Origin: the human T2T-CHM13v2.0 reference genome, Homo sapiens
Length of the DNA stretch: 64,000 nt
Assembly: GCF_009914755.1 (NCBI RefSeq)
Contig: NC_060941.1
Direction: 5' to 3' (one strand)
Shown: positions 1-20,029 of the stretch, one piece after another
Layout: every line of letters starts with the position of its first letter
Numbering within the stretch: position 1 is the first letter of the stretch
Program-made: the position numbers and the translations under genes
The notes under the pieces: generated by a model
Told to the model about the DNA's origin: nothing
Database searches by the model: none
Seen by the model: the letters and a program-made list of their open reading frames with translations, nothing else

Positions 1-953
1 GGGGGTGGGAGGTTACTCCAAGTCAGAGGATGCTTGGGAACCTGCCCCAGGATGCCCCAGACATCTGGGGACAGGATGGTGCCAGCCCTGGGTCTGGGCC
101 TCCCAGGTGCAAGCTGTGGAGCATCTGGAATGGGGACTTGGCCTTGTCCCAGCTAGTGGCCTCAGCTGTGGTCCAGGGGAGCCCAATCTGGGGTGGAGAG
201 GGTGAGTCTCACCAAGCAGCCACACAGGCCAAGATGCCAACTGGCCCCTCAGTTTACCATGCTGGTGACCCCAGTAAACTTCCTACACTCTAGGAAGGGA
301 AGCTGCCATTTGTCACCAAGAAAACATGGGACACAGCGGGCTGGGGGGACACAGGTTGGCCCTCAGCTGGCAGGAGGGTGGGCTGATCTGGATGGAGAAT
401 TAGCTTTGCCATCTGTCCTCTGACCACAGTCGTGGAAGCCCTGGGAGCCCCTGTGCCCTGGGCCTGTCACCCTCTCAGCAAGGGCTTGTGACTGGCTTCT
501 CCACAGTGCTCAGTCAAGGCCAGAGGGGAGAGGGCGCCGACCCAGGGGTGAGAAGCCACTTCCCCTCCTGGCTTCCAGGAGAGAAACTCTCATGCACCAG
601 GGCACAGTCAGCCCTACTTAGGGCCTCAGTTTCTCCGCCCACACAATAAGGAGAACCTCTTTGTCCTCTGGCGTGAGGCTGGCTACCTGGGAAACAGACC
701 AGAGGAATCTGGACGGCTCTCCGGGAGAGAGGAAGATGAGGGGAAAGGTCGACTCTTAGCTCCTGGAACCGATGAAGTGATGGGGAAGGAAAGGGTCAGG
801 CAAGGGCTGGAAGATCCGGGGGACATGGGTGGGGGGCCTGGGTGCCACCTGTCTCCTGAGCCCTGGCTCCTCCTCTGCCCACCCCTCCCCGGCTGTCGGG
901 AGGGACAGCCTTCCCTCTGGCTGACTCGGTCCAGGCCCAGCTCCCTGGGCTAA

Positions 954-1329
<376 letters not shown>

Positions 1330-3490
1330 TTTTCAGAGTGGTCTTTTCTAAGCCGCTGACCGGAAGTGACAGCCCTGTGCTCAAAACCCTTCAATGGTTC
1401 CCCACAGGTGGCAGATCAAATCCAAAGGCCTCGAGGGCCCTTTGAGTTCTGGGCCCTGCACCTGAAGCCCAGCTGCCCAGAGCCCCTCAAGGGTGTCAGT
1501 GAGCTGTGCTCCTGCCAGCCTCTTGCTACCGGTCTCTTAGCCAGGAAAGCCAGGTTCTCCCCTGCCCTTTCTACTCTTTTCTCATTTTTCTAAGCCCCAG
1601 TTCAACAGACACACAATGCCACTGGTGTGGCAACATGTGTGTGTGGATGGAGTGAGGTGCAGAAGCAGGTGGTGGTGGGCTCTGAGAAGGGCTGATTGAA
1701 TGGTCTGCTTTATTCCCTTTCATAAATTTTCCTCGCTTGGAAGATTGACCTTTGTAAAGAAGAAAAACATTTTAGAAGGAAAAAGGAAAATATCTCTGCA
1801 TGCCCTCAGCTCAGATGCCATCTCCTCTGGGAGCTCCTCTGGCCCCTGCCAAGGCTGGATCAGGTGCCCTCAGGGCACACACGATGCTGACCCAGGGCCA
1901 TCTGTGGCCCAGACTCTGGGTCCCTCATGCAGCCCTCACCACTGCTCAGGAGGCCACAGGAACAGAGGAATCACTGGCCCATTTTATAGACGGGAAAGCT
2001 GGACCCGGAGAAGTGAAGCAACTTTCCTGACTCACAGTGGGTGAGGGCCTCCCACGCTCTTTCCCCTGCCCCATGCTGTTTCCATGGGACTTCCACAGGC
2101 ATGGGAAGCAGGCTGAGCACATAGCAGGAGTACAGCGCTGCTGCCCAGGGATGGAGCAGGAGGGTCAGGGAGAGAGAGACAGGGCTGCCCCTGGTGCCCA
2201 CAGAGACAGGTCTGTAAAGCCGATGAACAAACTCTCTCAGCAGGGCAGGGATGGGTGAATGGGGCTGGGGTCCACAACCCACCCCACAGGCATCTGGTCT
2301 ACACAGGTCTGCATGCCTGTGCAGGTACCTGGCTCCTTGACCAAGGAGGGTGATAAGGCCCCACCTGACCCCAGAGATTTCGCCACCTGGTTAGGTGGGC
2401 AGGAGGATAGTCTCTCTGGAGCCCTGGGTCATGGACTCTCAGAGGTAGGGAGTGAGTCAGCGCTTGCCAAGAGGTGGAGACCCAGTCACCCACGGATGCT
2501 TGGGATGGGCAGAGCCTCCTGGGGTGAAGTCTTCTAGGGTCTAGGGTCCCACATGGTGGTCCCTGGAAGGCTTTCTGTTCTTCCAGGCCCTACAGAGGAG
2601 ACCAAGGCTCAGCTGGCAGCTAGCTGTGGGGCCAAATTCTCCTCTCTGCCTAGGGGAGAGCCCCCTGCAGTACCCCTTGAGAGCCCCTGGGGACCTGCCT
2701 GGGGCACACCCTGGCCCTGAGGAGGCCCGGCTCTGGGAGCACTGCAGCCAGGATGGAGGAGGCAGTCTTCAGAGAGGCGCTCTCTGGGCCAGCCCTGTGG
2801 GGAGGGAAGGCCAGACGGGGGAACCTGGAGGGGCTTGTGAACCGGTCCCTGCCCCCAGAAACCCAGCAGAGGTGGATTTGAAGCCCATTCTGGGCAGTAG
2901 GCACCGGCAGGCTTCTCCGCCTGAGGTCTGCCCTCCTGAGGGTGCTGGGAGAGCACAGCCCTGGGAAGACTGCAGCCTGGGCGTGACCTGAGGACTAGGA
3001 AGTGTTTATGACAGACATGGAGAGGCCTAAGTCCCTGTTGAAGCCCAGCATCACATCCCATTCCTGAGCACCAAAGGCCCCAGGCCCTGGGTAAGAGAAG
3101 CTTCCTGAAGGGCATCCTGAGGGCCCCGCCCGGATCACGTCTTCTTTGGACAATTTCAGGAGGGAGGCTGGCATGGGCCAGACGACTGGCTGGTACAGGG
3201 AAGAGACGGGAACATCTGGCCCTCGCCTGCCTCTCGCCACACTCCCCACTTCCCTCGTCACTGTAGCCAAAGTTCTCCCTGGGCTTTCCACCAACGGTGC
3301 CTTCGTTCATGGCCTGTGCGTGCCATTCCTTCTGTCTAGAATGCTCTTTCCCCCTTTGCTTCTCCTTTCTGATTCTTCCTAATTTTTCAAGTCTCACCTT
3401 ATAAGTCACTTCCTCCAGGAAGTCCTTCCTGCTTTGTCCTCCTCTGATCTGGGCTGGATGTCAAGCCTCTGTGGTTCCAGGACGTCCTGC

Positions 3491-3640
3491 CTCTCACCCT
3501 CACCCCCAGATGGAGTTGCTGGCTTTCCCACCTGTCTCCCTCTCACCCTCAGCCCCGGATGGAGTTGCTGGCTTTCCCACCTGTCTCCCTCTCACCCTCA
3601 CCCCCGGATGGAGTTACTGGCTTTCCCACTTGTCTTCCCT
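3491..3640. repeat. 49-bp minisatellite, about 3 copies
   Basis: Unit CTCTCACCCTCACCCCCAGATGGAGTTGCTGGCTTTCCCACCTGTCTCC at 3491, 3540, 3589. Confidence 0.92.
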
Positions 3641-3881
3641 GCCAGGCCAGAGGCTTCCAGCGGGTCAGCCCTGGCTCTGCCCTGCTCAGTGTTGGAGCCC
3701 ACATGCCTCGCCAGGTGTGCAGTGCTTAGTATGTTCTCAGTCCATGTTTTTGAGTGAACAAATAGATACATGAACAAAACCCCAAAATCACCCCCAAAAG
3801 ATGTGATCATTTCCCAGGCCCAATGGGAAGATCTCTGCCCAGGTTTCCTCTAGGTGGACGCCTTGCCCTGGGCACTGCCCT

Positions 3882-4086
3882 TGTGTGTGTGTGCGTGTGC
3901 ATGAGTGCCTGCATGTGTGTACATTTGTGCACATGTGCATGGGTGTGGATGTCTATGCGTTTGTGTATAAATTTATGTGTGTGGGTATGTGTGCACATGT
4001 GTATGTGTGTCTGTGTGTACATGTGCATATAAGTATGTGTTTGTGTGCATGCATGTGCATGTGTACGTGCACTCACACGCATACAC
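3882..4086. repeat. Degenerate (TG/CA)n alternating purine-pyrimidine tract abutting the exon 9 donor
   Basis: GTGTGTGTGCGTGTGCATGAGTG... about 200 bp. Confidence 0.9.
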
Positions 4087-4100
4087 GTAGAGGTTGCTCA

Positions 4101-4376
<276 letters not shown>

Positions 4377-4394
4377 TCACTTACCTGAGGGGCT

Positions 4395-5560
4395 ATCTTC
4401 ATTTTACAGATGGGGAAACTGAGGCTCAAGGAGATGAAGAGATTTGGCTAGGGTCACCCAGCTTGTAAATGGTACAGTCAAGCTCTGAACCCAGTTTATC
4501 TGACTCCCAAACCCGCTCTCCCTCTAATGGCAAGGGTCACTGCCCCCTCCCCAATCATGCTGAGATGAGGGAGGGACTGCTCTGATAACGCCCCCTCCCT
4601 CTGGGCCTCACAGATCCTTCCCACTCTTTCCTGTCCTCCCAGCCGCTATTTCCTCCCACTAAAGGAAACAGGCACTCCCTTCTGTGCCCTGATTCAGGAA
4701 CCAGGTGACAGGCTGAGTCAGGCTCCAGCCACAGGAAGCTACAGATCAGACACAGCTCACCAACAGGCTTCCCTGAGCTCCCTCGGCTCACACCAGTAGC
4801 AACACCGGGACTCTGTGTGCAGCTGAGTGATCCATCTCAGTCTCTCCTGGCTGACAGGGTGTTGAAGGTTCTACCCTTGGCCCTGATCCTAATACCAATG
4901 CCAATAATCAAGCGCCTACTATTTGCAAAACACTGGGTCAGGAACTTGACCACATCCTCCCGTCATTCTCAGAACAACCTGTTAGGGAGGGTGTCCCTGT
5001 CCCTGTTTTCTAGATGAGGAAACGGAGGCTTAGAGGGGCTAACGTAGCTTATACAACCTGCCTGCAGAACCTGCCAGGTTTGAGCTGAGGTGTCATCTCT
5101 GAACACCAGGCTGCTGCACTAATCAGAAGCCCCCTCCCCTGCAGTGGCCTCGCTGCATCATAAGGACGGAGGAGCTGTTGTCTCCACAGCCGACAAGTGC
5201 ACAGTGATTAGAAGTCTGGCTTTGGCCTGGCTCAGATCTTTAACATCTTAACTAGTCCTCTCGTTACATATTTTATTTCTGGTGGCTTTGTTTTTGATAC
5301 TATTATAAGTGATTATCTTTTAAAATAGTAATTTGTTTGCTGATATATAGAAATGAAATTGATTTATTTGATTGTTATATCCAGCAACCTTTTCAAATTC
5401 TGATAAATTGTGTAGGGGAAAAAAAGTCTGGCTTCGGAGTCAGAATGGAATTGAATCCTGCCTCCACCACTTTATACCTGTATGAATTGGTGAAACTTAT
5501 CCCTCTCTGTGACTCAGTTTCCTCATCTGTAAAATGGGGAAAATGAGAGCAATTAAGGCT
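4395..5560. mobile_element. MIR fragments (about 4395-4510, 4905-5120, 5420-5560) and an old L1 fragment
   Basis: MIR core motifs ATTTTACAGATGGGGAAACTGAGGCT and CTCAGTTTCCTCATCTGTAAAATGGG. Confidence 0.75.
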
Positions 5561-6407
5561 CACGGGTTTGGGGCCTTTTTGTTCGCTGCTGCTGCTTTAG
5601 TGCTGAGGCCCGGCACTCGGCAGGATGTCAGCCCAGGACTGGGACTTCTTTTTCATGGGATTATTTTGAATTCAGATTAAAAGAGGTATTCCAGGAGAGC
5701 TCCTGGCATTAGGGCCTGGCAGGTGGCACATCCCCAGTAAATGTGAGCTGTTATCAGCTGCTGTGTGAGTGCCTGGTATGGCCCTGTTGTCCCCTTGAGG
5801 GTTGGGGGACTAAACTGGCCCTCAGGAGACCTGCCCCTGTATTTGGGGGCTGAGGGGGCCTCTGACCTCTTGTCTCCCAGCTCCACCAGCATCTCTCACC
5901 TCCCCCCGCAATGGACAACCTCTTCTTTTCCCAAAGCCTGGGGCCCTGAGGTACCAGCCCCCCCAGCCTAGGGACAGCCCAATGGCAAACTCCTGGTGAC
6001 TTGGGTCAAGCTGCTGTTCTCCAATCCTAACTCAGCTCTTCCCATGACTTGGCCCCAGGCCTTGGGTGAGGCTCCAGTGAAATAACACACAGGAATGTGC
6101 GCTGAACACTGCCAACCACTGCAGATGGGCAGGGGCTTTGTGCTCCCCAGCGACTGTTCCTATCCTGTGGGAATGGAGGAGACAGAAAGAAGCCCCACTC
6201 CTGGGCTGACATCCTGCCAGTGCCAGCCAGGCCTCAGCACCAGTGGGTCAGCCAGAACAGCAACGGCGAACAATAAGGCCCCAAACCCGTGGGCCCCCCA
6301 CTTTCTATCTTGAATTTCCCTGTCTTTCCTAGGCCAGCAATCTTTGAGAGGGAGAGCGAGCTGAGGATTTCCTGATCTCAGATATGCCTAGAAAAGGATT
6401 GTACTTT

Positions 6408-6714
<307 letters not shown>

Positions 6715-7852
6715 AGGATTGTACTTTCCTAGTTAGAAAAGGAAGTGGCACAAGGATGAGGGCAGTGAATAAGGAGATGGCTCAGCGGAAGTATCAGGGT
6801 CCTGTAAATAGTTAACGTGTTTTATGATCAAAGGGTTCTTTGCATTTTTGGTGATTTTGAGGCTTAATTTCCTCTATGTAGTTAGTTAAATATTTAACAC
6901 TGAGAGCAAGGGCGGGGACAAGGCAAACAACAAAAAAATCAAAATGAAGCCAACTTCTGCGGGGTTCCCCTGCCCCAGGGAGGTGGAGGTTGAGGTAGAA
7001 CTGACTGAGAGAATCACCCTGCACTATGATGAAGACACATCCACACATCAGGACTACATAGCTGGCAGGCCCTGACTCTCCAGAGGAGCAAACAGCTTCT
7101 TCCTTATGTTTCTGTGTCTGTCTTAGTAGAAATCTGTGCCCTTGGAAGAAAACCAAATTTGTACCCCTTGAGGCAGACACTAACCAAGTGAATTAGGTAG
7201 ATGGGTGGATGGGTGGGTGAACATAGGCAGGAGGTGTGACAGGCCCCAGGGAGGGAAAGGACACTGTTCTTACTGACAGGCACACACTGCCACACCTGCC
7301 CTCCCAACAACCCCGACACAGACACTGTTGTTAACCCTCCTTTTACAGATGAGGAAACTGAAGCTAATTTGCTCATGGTAACACAGGTAGGAAAGTGGCT
7401 AAGTTCAGCTGGAGAAAAGGAAAATTCTGAAAGACTTTAAGATACATCTTATTCAAAAGCATTTGGTGAACATAAAAAAGTACCCAAGGCATAATATTAA
7501 GTGAACCAAGCTTCTTATAAAGCAGTATGAGTCCTGTGTGATCCCAACTTTATAAAAAAAGATGCATATGTCAATAAATGCACAGAAAAGGGTATACCCC
7601 GAAATGTTAATAATGGTGATCTCTTGTTTATGACACAGAATTTTGATTGGTCTTTGGGTTTTTCTGTAACTTTAAAATGTTAAACAATAACCGTGTATTA
7701 TCTTAATAATGGGGGAAGTCACAGAAAAAGTGCTTTTCAAAAACATGAAATAAATAAGCCCATGTAGGGCCTACAGGGGAGTGCAGTCACCTGGGCCTCA
7801 TAGGGTTGGCAAAGGCAAGGATGACTGCTCCAAGGTATAGCCAGCTCGCTGG

Positions 7853-8732
7853 CCAGCCCATCTACCCATCCACCTACCTATTCACCCATCCACCCAGCCA
7901 TCTACCCACCATCCACCCATCTACCCATCTACCTACCCATCTCCCTACCCATCTACCCATTCACCTAACCATCTACCCATCTAGCCATCTGCCCATTCAC
8001 CCACCCATCTACCCATCTACCTACCCATCCACCTACCCACCAAGCCATCCACTCATCCACCTAACCATTTACCCATATGCCTATTTAGGCACCCATCTAC
8101 CTACCTATCCACCCATTCACCAATCTACCCAACCACCTACCCATCCATCCATCCACCAACCCATCCACCTAGCCACCTGCTCATTCACCTACCTACCTAC
8201 CCATCCACCTAACCATCCACCTAGCCACCTGCTCATCCACCTACCTACCTGCCCATCCACCTAGCCACCTGCTCATTCACCTACCTACCTACCCATCCAC
8301 CTACCTACCTGCCCATCCACCTAGCCACCTGCTCATTCACCTACCTACCTACCCATCCACCTAACCATCCACCTAGCCACCTGCTCAGCCACCTACCTAC
8401 CTGCCCATCCACCTAGCCACCTGCTCATTCACCTACCTACCTACCCATCCACCTAACCATCTGCTCATCCACCTAACCATCCACCTAGCCACCTGCTCAT
8501 TCACCTACCTACCTATCCATCCACCTAGCCACCACCTGCTCATTCACCTACCTACCTACCCATCCACCTAACCATCCACCTAGCCACCTGCTCATCCACC
8601 TACCTACCTGCCCAGCCACCTAACCATCCACCTAGCCACCTGCTCATCCACCTACCTACCTGACCATCCACCATCCATCTATCTATCTAATCTATCAAAT
8701 CTATTTTATCTATCTTTCTATCTATCATTTAT
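7853..8732. repeat. (CCAT/CCAC/CCTA)n low-complexity tract with a higher-order 36-52 bp unit, ending in (TCTA)n
   Basis: CCATCCACCTAGCCACCTGCTCATTCACCTACCTAC repeated from about 8161 to 8670. Confidence 0.93.
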
Positions 8733-8881
8733 CTGCTGGTGCCTTAAGCAGTTATGTTTGTAGCTGCAGGAAACCATCCTCAAACTCTTTCCTCCTGGGG
8801 ACCAAGACAGCCACCGATAGAGCCCTGCCCAGGGCTGTGGACAGGCACCAAGCTTTTCTCTTGGTTAGCTCCCCCACGTCA

Positions 8882-9259
<378 letters not shown>

Positions 9260-10700
9260 TTAAGGTAGGCACAAACACAAGAATAACCACCACTCGTATT
9301 TCCACCACTCAGAACTCCCCTACTAATTAATCTTTACAACAACACACTGTAAGAACTATCATTATTTTACAGCTGAAGAAATGGATGCTCAGAGAGGTTA
9401 GGAAATCTGTCTGGTCACATAGTGATGAAGTGGCATGGCTGGCATTCAGATCTGGGTTTGGCTGGTTCCAGAGCCTGAGTTCTGCTCCACTACCCCTTGC
9501 TGCCTGTGTCCGGTGTCCCCACTGCTGGCTTGGCAATGCCAGCCTCCTCTAGGTCCACCCCTCCACTCGGGCCCCATAATGGAAGCAGCAGAGTAGGGGC
9601 TGTGGCAAGCAGTGAAGTAGCTGGGGGACAGGGACCGGGGTCGGGGCTGGCAACAGGGAGTGGATGGGTAGCCAGCAGGGGGCAGGGGAGCGTGCACAGT
9701 ATCTGATGCCTCGGGACTGTGGGGCAGGGCTGGCTTCAGCCCCCTTGGTTGGAGGTGTCTCCACAGCCGGGGCCAGTGGGAATGGGAGTGGGATGTGCCC
9801 TGGGCAAAAAGCAGAGGCCCTGACTCAAACCCTGAACATGTGCCGTAACTCCTCCAGGGGCAGGCAGAAGGGTCCCCGGGCCTTGGGACCAGAGGGCGGG
9901 CTCTGCTCCTCACCCGCTGCCTCACCCTGACCTTCACCTGATTTCTTCAAGGTTCCATTTCAGTGACTGTAAAATTCAGCTACTACCAGCTATTTTGTGG
10001 GGTTATTACAAAGCTTAAATGAGACAAGGTTCTGCAAGTACCCTGCAAATTATGAAATACAACCCAGATGCCAGTGGTTGGTGTCTGCCACTGAGCCATG
10101 CCTGCTGGGTAGAAAGGAAACCCAAACTCCCCGGTGGCACAGTCCCACCCGCTGGTGGGTGGCAGCCATGGTGAGAGTTGCCCCCGCAGCATTCACACCC
10201 ACAGGCGAGGAACCCTTTCTTGCAAGCCCTGGAGTCCTGGCCCCCTCAGAGCCTGGCCTCCACAGGCTGAAGAGCAAAGTGTGAGTGCTGGGGCAGGCGG
10301 GGGAGAGGTCAAGCGAGGCTTGCAGGTGTTTTCTGCAGGAAGCTCTGTTCTGCCTAGCTTCTCCCATCCTCCCGGGGCCAACCGCAGACTGCTTCCTTTC
10401 AGACGCTTGAAACAGGCTTCCCTCCAGTCTGTGCCAACAGGACAGCTCCCAAACCAAGGCTCAGCTTCTTGCTCTGGCCTTCTGCAGCAGGACAACCCCC
10501 TCACAGGTCACCTAAGGGTCCCATGGTGATGGGATGCCATCTGCCTCTGGATGGTGGGGGGAGTGGGAGGAGCTAACAATGGAACATGGGCAGGGGGATG
10601 TCACTCAACCTTGAATAAGACCCTAGAGGGATGCCCTCTAGGGTCCTGCCTATGAGCAAAGGCTCTGGGGCCTGACTGTCAGGGTCCCATTTCTGCCTCT

Positions 10701-10850
10701 GGCCAGGCATGGTTGCTGATATCTGTAATCCCAGCACTTTGGGAGGCTGAAGCAGGAGGATCACTTGAGCCTAGGAGTTCAAGACTAGCTTGAGCAACAG
10801 GGGGAGACCCCATCTCTACTAAAACAAACAAACAAACAAACAAAAAAGGA
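10701..10850 (+). mobile_element. Alu left monomer (FLAM-like) inserted in a MIR
   Basis: Monomer with (AAAC)n tail; TTCTGCCTCT repeated on both sides. Confidence 0.85.
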
Positions 10851-11139
10851 AAATTCTGCCTCTGCCACTTACTAGCTGTGTGAGCTCAGTAGCAGACACC
10901 AACCAGGTACTTACCAGCTCTGTGCTTCAATTTCCTCCCCTATCAACAGAGATGATAATAGTAGCGCCTATCTCTACAGGGTTGTTATGAGACTTAAATG
11001 AGATAATCCAAATAAAGCAGCTGGCCCAGTGCCCAGCACAGAAGTATTAGATTTGATGATGAGGAAGACATAGCAGATGTACTGATTTGGAATAACATCC
11101 ACAGTGTAGGAAAAAACCAAGTTGTGGAACAATATATCC

Positions 11140-11332
11140 AGCATTCAACACAGCAGCCAAGAGCCCCGTGTGTCCCCTTTAAATGTATGAATTTAAATGG
11201 AAAATTCAGTTGCTTAACCACACTAGCCACACTTTAAGCACCTGGTAGCACTACATGGCTCGCAGCTATGGCACTGGACACACAGATCTAGGACATTTTC
11301 ATCATCACAGAAAGTTCTATTGGACAGCACTG
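11140..11332 (-). mobile_element. MER3 (hAT-Charlie DNA transposon)
   Basis: Reverse complement CAGTGCTGTCCAATAGAACTTTCTGTGATGATGAAAATGT... matches the MER3 5' end. Confidence 0.8.
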
Positions 11333-11690
11333 AATAGCACGAGCCCATTTTTGTAATTAAAAAAAAAGGGTGTACACTTAGAAAAGCAGCAGAAATATTT
11401 GGAAGGAAACCATGCCCCTGCTCTGAAAGAACAGGACAGTAGAGCAAGAAGAAAATGAAGCAGGCTGGGACTCCCTGAGCAGCGCAGTGACTAGCCAGCC
11501 TGTGGCCCATCAGTGGGAGGTGCCAGGAGAGGGACGGGTGAGCAGGGCCCACTGCCTATGAGCAGGGCACTGGCCCCAGCCGGGGCTGGGGAGGAGCAGA
11601 AGCTGTAGGGCAAGCCTGATCTGTGGCCTCATCCCTAGGGGAAGGATGGGGGCATTTGCGGGGAGGCAGAAGGGTGGGGAGCCTAAATCA

Positions 11691-12806
<1,116 letters not shown>

Positions 12807-13247
12807 CTATCACATGGGACCCTGAAAGCTGGATGGGAACATCCCCATTCTCACCGTCCACTGCTGCTCTTGCATCCTGTATTTCACTGAGAAAATAAGA
12901 GCACCCAAAAGATCACCTCCACACGCCCTGTTCCCTACACCCACGCCTTCCCTCCTGTTGCCAGGGATGAACCAAGTGTGCTTCTTTCTGCGTGAGGCCA
13001 AACCCTCCATTTGTGCAGGAGGTCTCTCCCTTGGCCAACTACTCAAGGACAAGGAGCAGTCCTTCTCTCCTCTGTCGCTGCTTTCTTCCTTCTCTATGGG
13101 GTGACTCCCATCGGCACACATGCACGCTGTCATTTCTCCCATCTTTAGAAATACCTCTCATCTCCACGCACTTCCCTAATGACCACCATGTTTCTCAGGC
13201 CCCTTTACAGAAAACCTGTTTGAAGAGGCATCAAAACTGTTCATCTT

Positions 13248-13545
13248 GGCCGGAAGCGGTGGCTCACGCCTGTAATCCCAGCACTTCGGGAGGCTGAGGT
13301 GGGTGGATCACTTGAGGTCAGGAGTTTGAGACCAGCTTGGTCAACACGGTGAAACCCCATCTCTACTAAAAATACAAAAATTAGCCAGGTGTGGTGAGCA
13401 CCTGTAATCCCAGCTACTAGGGAGGCTGAGGCAGGAGAATGGCTTGAACCGGGGAGGCAGGGGATTGCAGTGAGCTGAGGTCACTCCACTGCACTTCAGC
13501 CTGGGTGACAGAGGAGTGAGACTCCGTCTCAAACAAAACAAAAAA
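13248..13545 (+). mobile_element. Alu (S-type)
   Basis: Full dimer with A-rich tail. Confidence 0.95.
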
Positions 13546-13554
13546 CCTCTTGGT

Positions 13555-14782
13555 CTCTAGTTTCCCTGCTCCCATTCCTTCTCAAACCTGCTCCAAGTAG
13601 GCTTCTCTCCCCTCATTCTACTGACACTGCTTCTGAGATGGTCAATGCCCTCCTCGTTGCCAACCCCCAAGGCCACTCCTCAGCCCTCGCCCCCACCCTT
13701 CTATCTCTCTGGCTCGGTCCTCCCTGTGGCCTCTCACGTTAGAGTGCCCAGATGTCAGTCCTGGGTCCTTGTCTCCTCTCTGTAGATGCCACTTTCTCAC
13801 CACTCTACCTGCTCTCAGGCTTTAGCTCCCAATTTTTATCGCCAGCCTGGACCTTGTTCTTGAAATCCACATTCATATATCCACCTGTGCCATACATGTC
13901 CACTAGGATCTCAGCTGACATGTCCAGGATGAATTCCTGCTGCCAGCCTGCTTCCTCCTGAATGGTCCTCATCTCACCAAATAGCAAAATTCATCCTTCC
14001 AGATGCTTGGGCTAAAAATCTTGGTGTTACCCCAGGTTTTCTTTCTTTCGCAGCCTACATCAGCAAATCCCATTGGCTCTGCCTTCCACACATCCGGAAT
14101 CCCCGCCTCTCCCCAGCCGCACCCCACCCACTGTCATCTCTGGCCTGGCTTGTGATGACAACCTCCTAACTGGTCTTTCTCCCCTTCTCCCCGTAGTCCC
14201 TCAACGTAGGAGCCATCATGACCCATTTAAAGGGAAGTCAGAGCATGTCCCCCTGCCCCAAAACTCCACAGTGGCTGCCATCTCCCTTAGCTGAAGCCAA
14301 AGTGCTTCCAGTGGCCCACAGGCCTCGTCAGATTGACCTCGTCGCTCACTGCCACACCCCCATCTCCTCTCTCCTGCCACTCTGGTCTCCACTGTCCCTG
14401 GATGTGTCAAGCGCAGCCCCAGCGCAGGGTCTTTGCATTTGTTCTCCTTGCTTGAAACACGTACATTGCCTCATGACTCCTTCCCTCTCTCCCCTCGCAT
14501 CTCCTCAAACATCCCCTTATTGGTGAGGGCTTTTCTGGCCATCCTATATGCAGTGGTCCACTCTCTACCTCTGTAGACAGGTAGAGATTTACTGTCCTCC
14601 ATAGCACTTATTACCACCTGACCACACACTATGCTTACTTGTTAATTTTATTTCCCGTCTCCTCTACTAGAATCTAAATCCCATGAAGACAGGGCCACTG
14701 CTTTGCTGCCTGCTATGTCCCCAGCACTTAGAACAGTGCCTGGCACATCACAGAGCCTCAATAATATTTGCTGAATGAATGA
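13555..14782 (+). mobile_element. L2 LINE 3' portion
   Basis: Ends ...CACTTAGAACAGTGCCTGGCACA...CTCAATAATATTTGCTGAATGAATGA, the L2 3' terminus. Confidence 0.8.
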
Positions 14783-15300
14783 GCAGGTGAGTGCCTATGT
14801 ATCACATGTTGCCCAAAGCTCCCTGCTGCCTGGGGTGTGACAACAACCAGAGTGTCCAAAGGACACACAATTCTCTCTCCGCCAGCCTGGAATAGCCTTG
14901 GAGATTTCACACTATTCTATGGGGGTTCCCTACCCCTCAAGAAACCTGATGGCCTAGACCTGAAGCACAGCTTCGCTGGCAGGTTAGAGACCACAGCCAT
15001 CACACGGGCCGACAGACAAACCTAACAGAAGCCAGCCCGGAGACTGGGCTCTACCCACACAACCCATGCCAGGGCTACCCACAGCAAGGCCCCCTGAGCT
15101 GGGCAGGATTCTCTGCTGGGTCACTGCAAACAGAAAATGAGGAGAGAAAGAGACCAATTCTAGAGCGTACTTTTTTTGTTTGTTTTGAAGAGGAAACCCA
15201 TCATGAGGGTTACTGAAAAATTTGGTTATGGTTATTTAAGGCTTTCTGGAATTTCAGTGTGTGGAGATCAAGCTGACCTTGCTGTAAAAAGCACTGGGGA

Positions 15301-16206
<906 letters not shown>

Positions 16207-16577
16207 CTACTGAGGGTAAACACGTTTGGAAGGACCATTTAAAACACCTGGGGCTTCATGGGGCTGGATGTGCTCTGAGCTACAGGTGGAATCAAGAGTT
16301 TTCTATAATCATAAATTGCATAGTTTTCAGGGAAAATATTTTCCTATTTGACTGGTGAAACAGTATTTTTGTCCTCTGTAGGCAGTTTTGAGACAATATA
16401 CTACTTTTCCTGAAATGCTTCCCTGAATGAACATGATTATGATGGCATTCTGGAATGAGGTTTTATAACACTTGTGGGAACACACTACCCCTTTAGCAAT
16501 GGAAAACAGAACTTCACAGCTGCCTTCTGAAAGGCCTGGTCCCTGCAGATGGGACCCACCCGGGACCCTCCTGGTCA

Positions 16578-20029
<3,452 letters not shown>

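Noticed and set aside
2609-3409. 266-aa minus-strand ORF
   Set aside because: GC-rich intron 9 sequence, no recognisable domain; likely a chance ORF.
7806-8264. 152-aa Pro/His/Thr-rich ORF
   Set aside because: Translation of a simple repeat.
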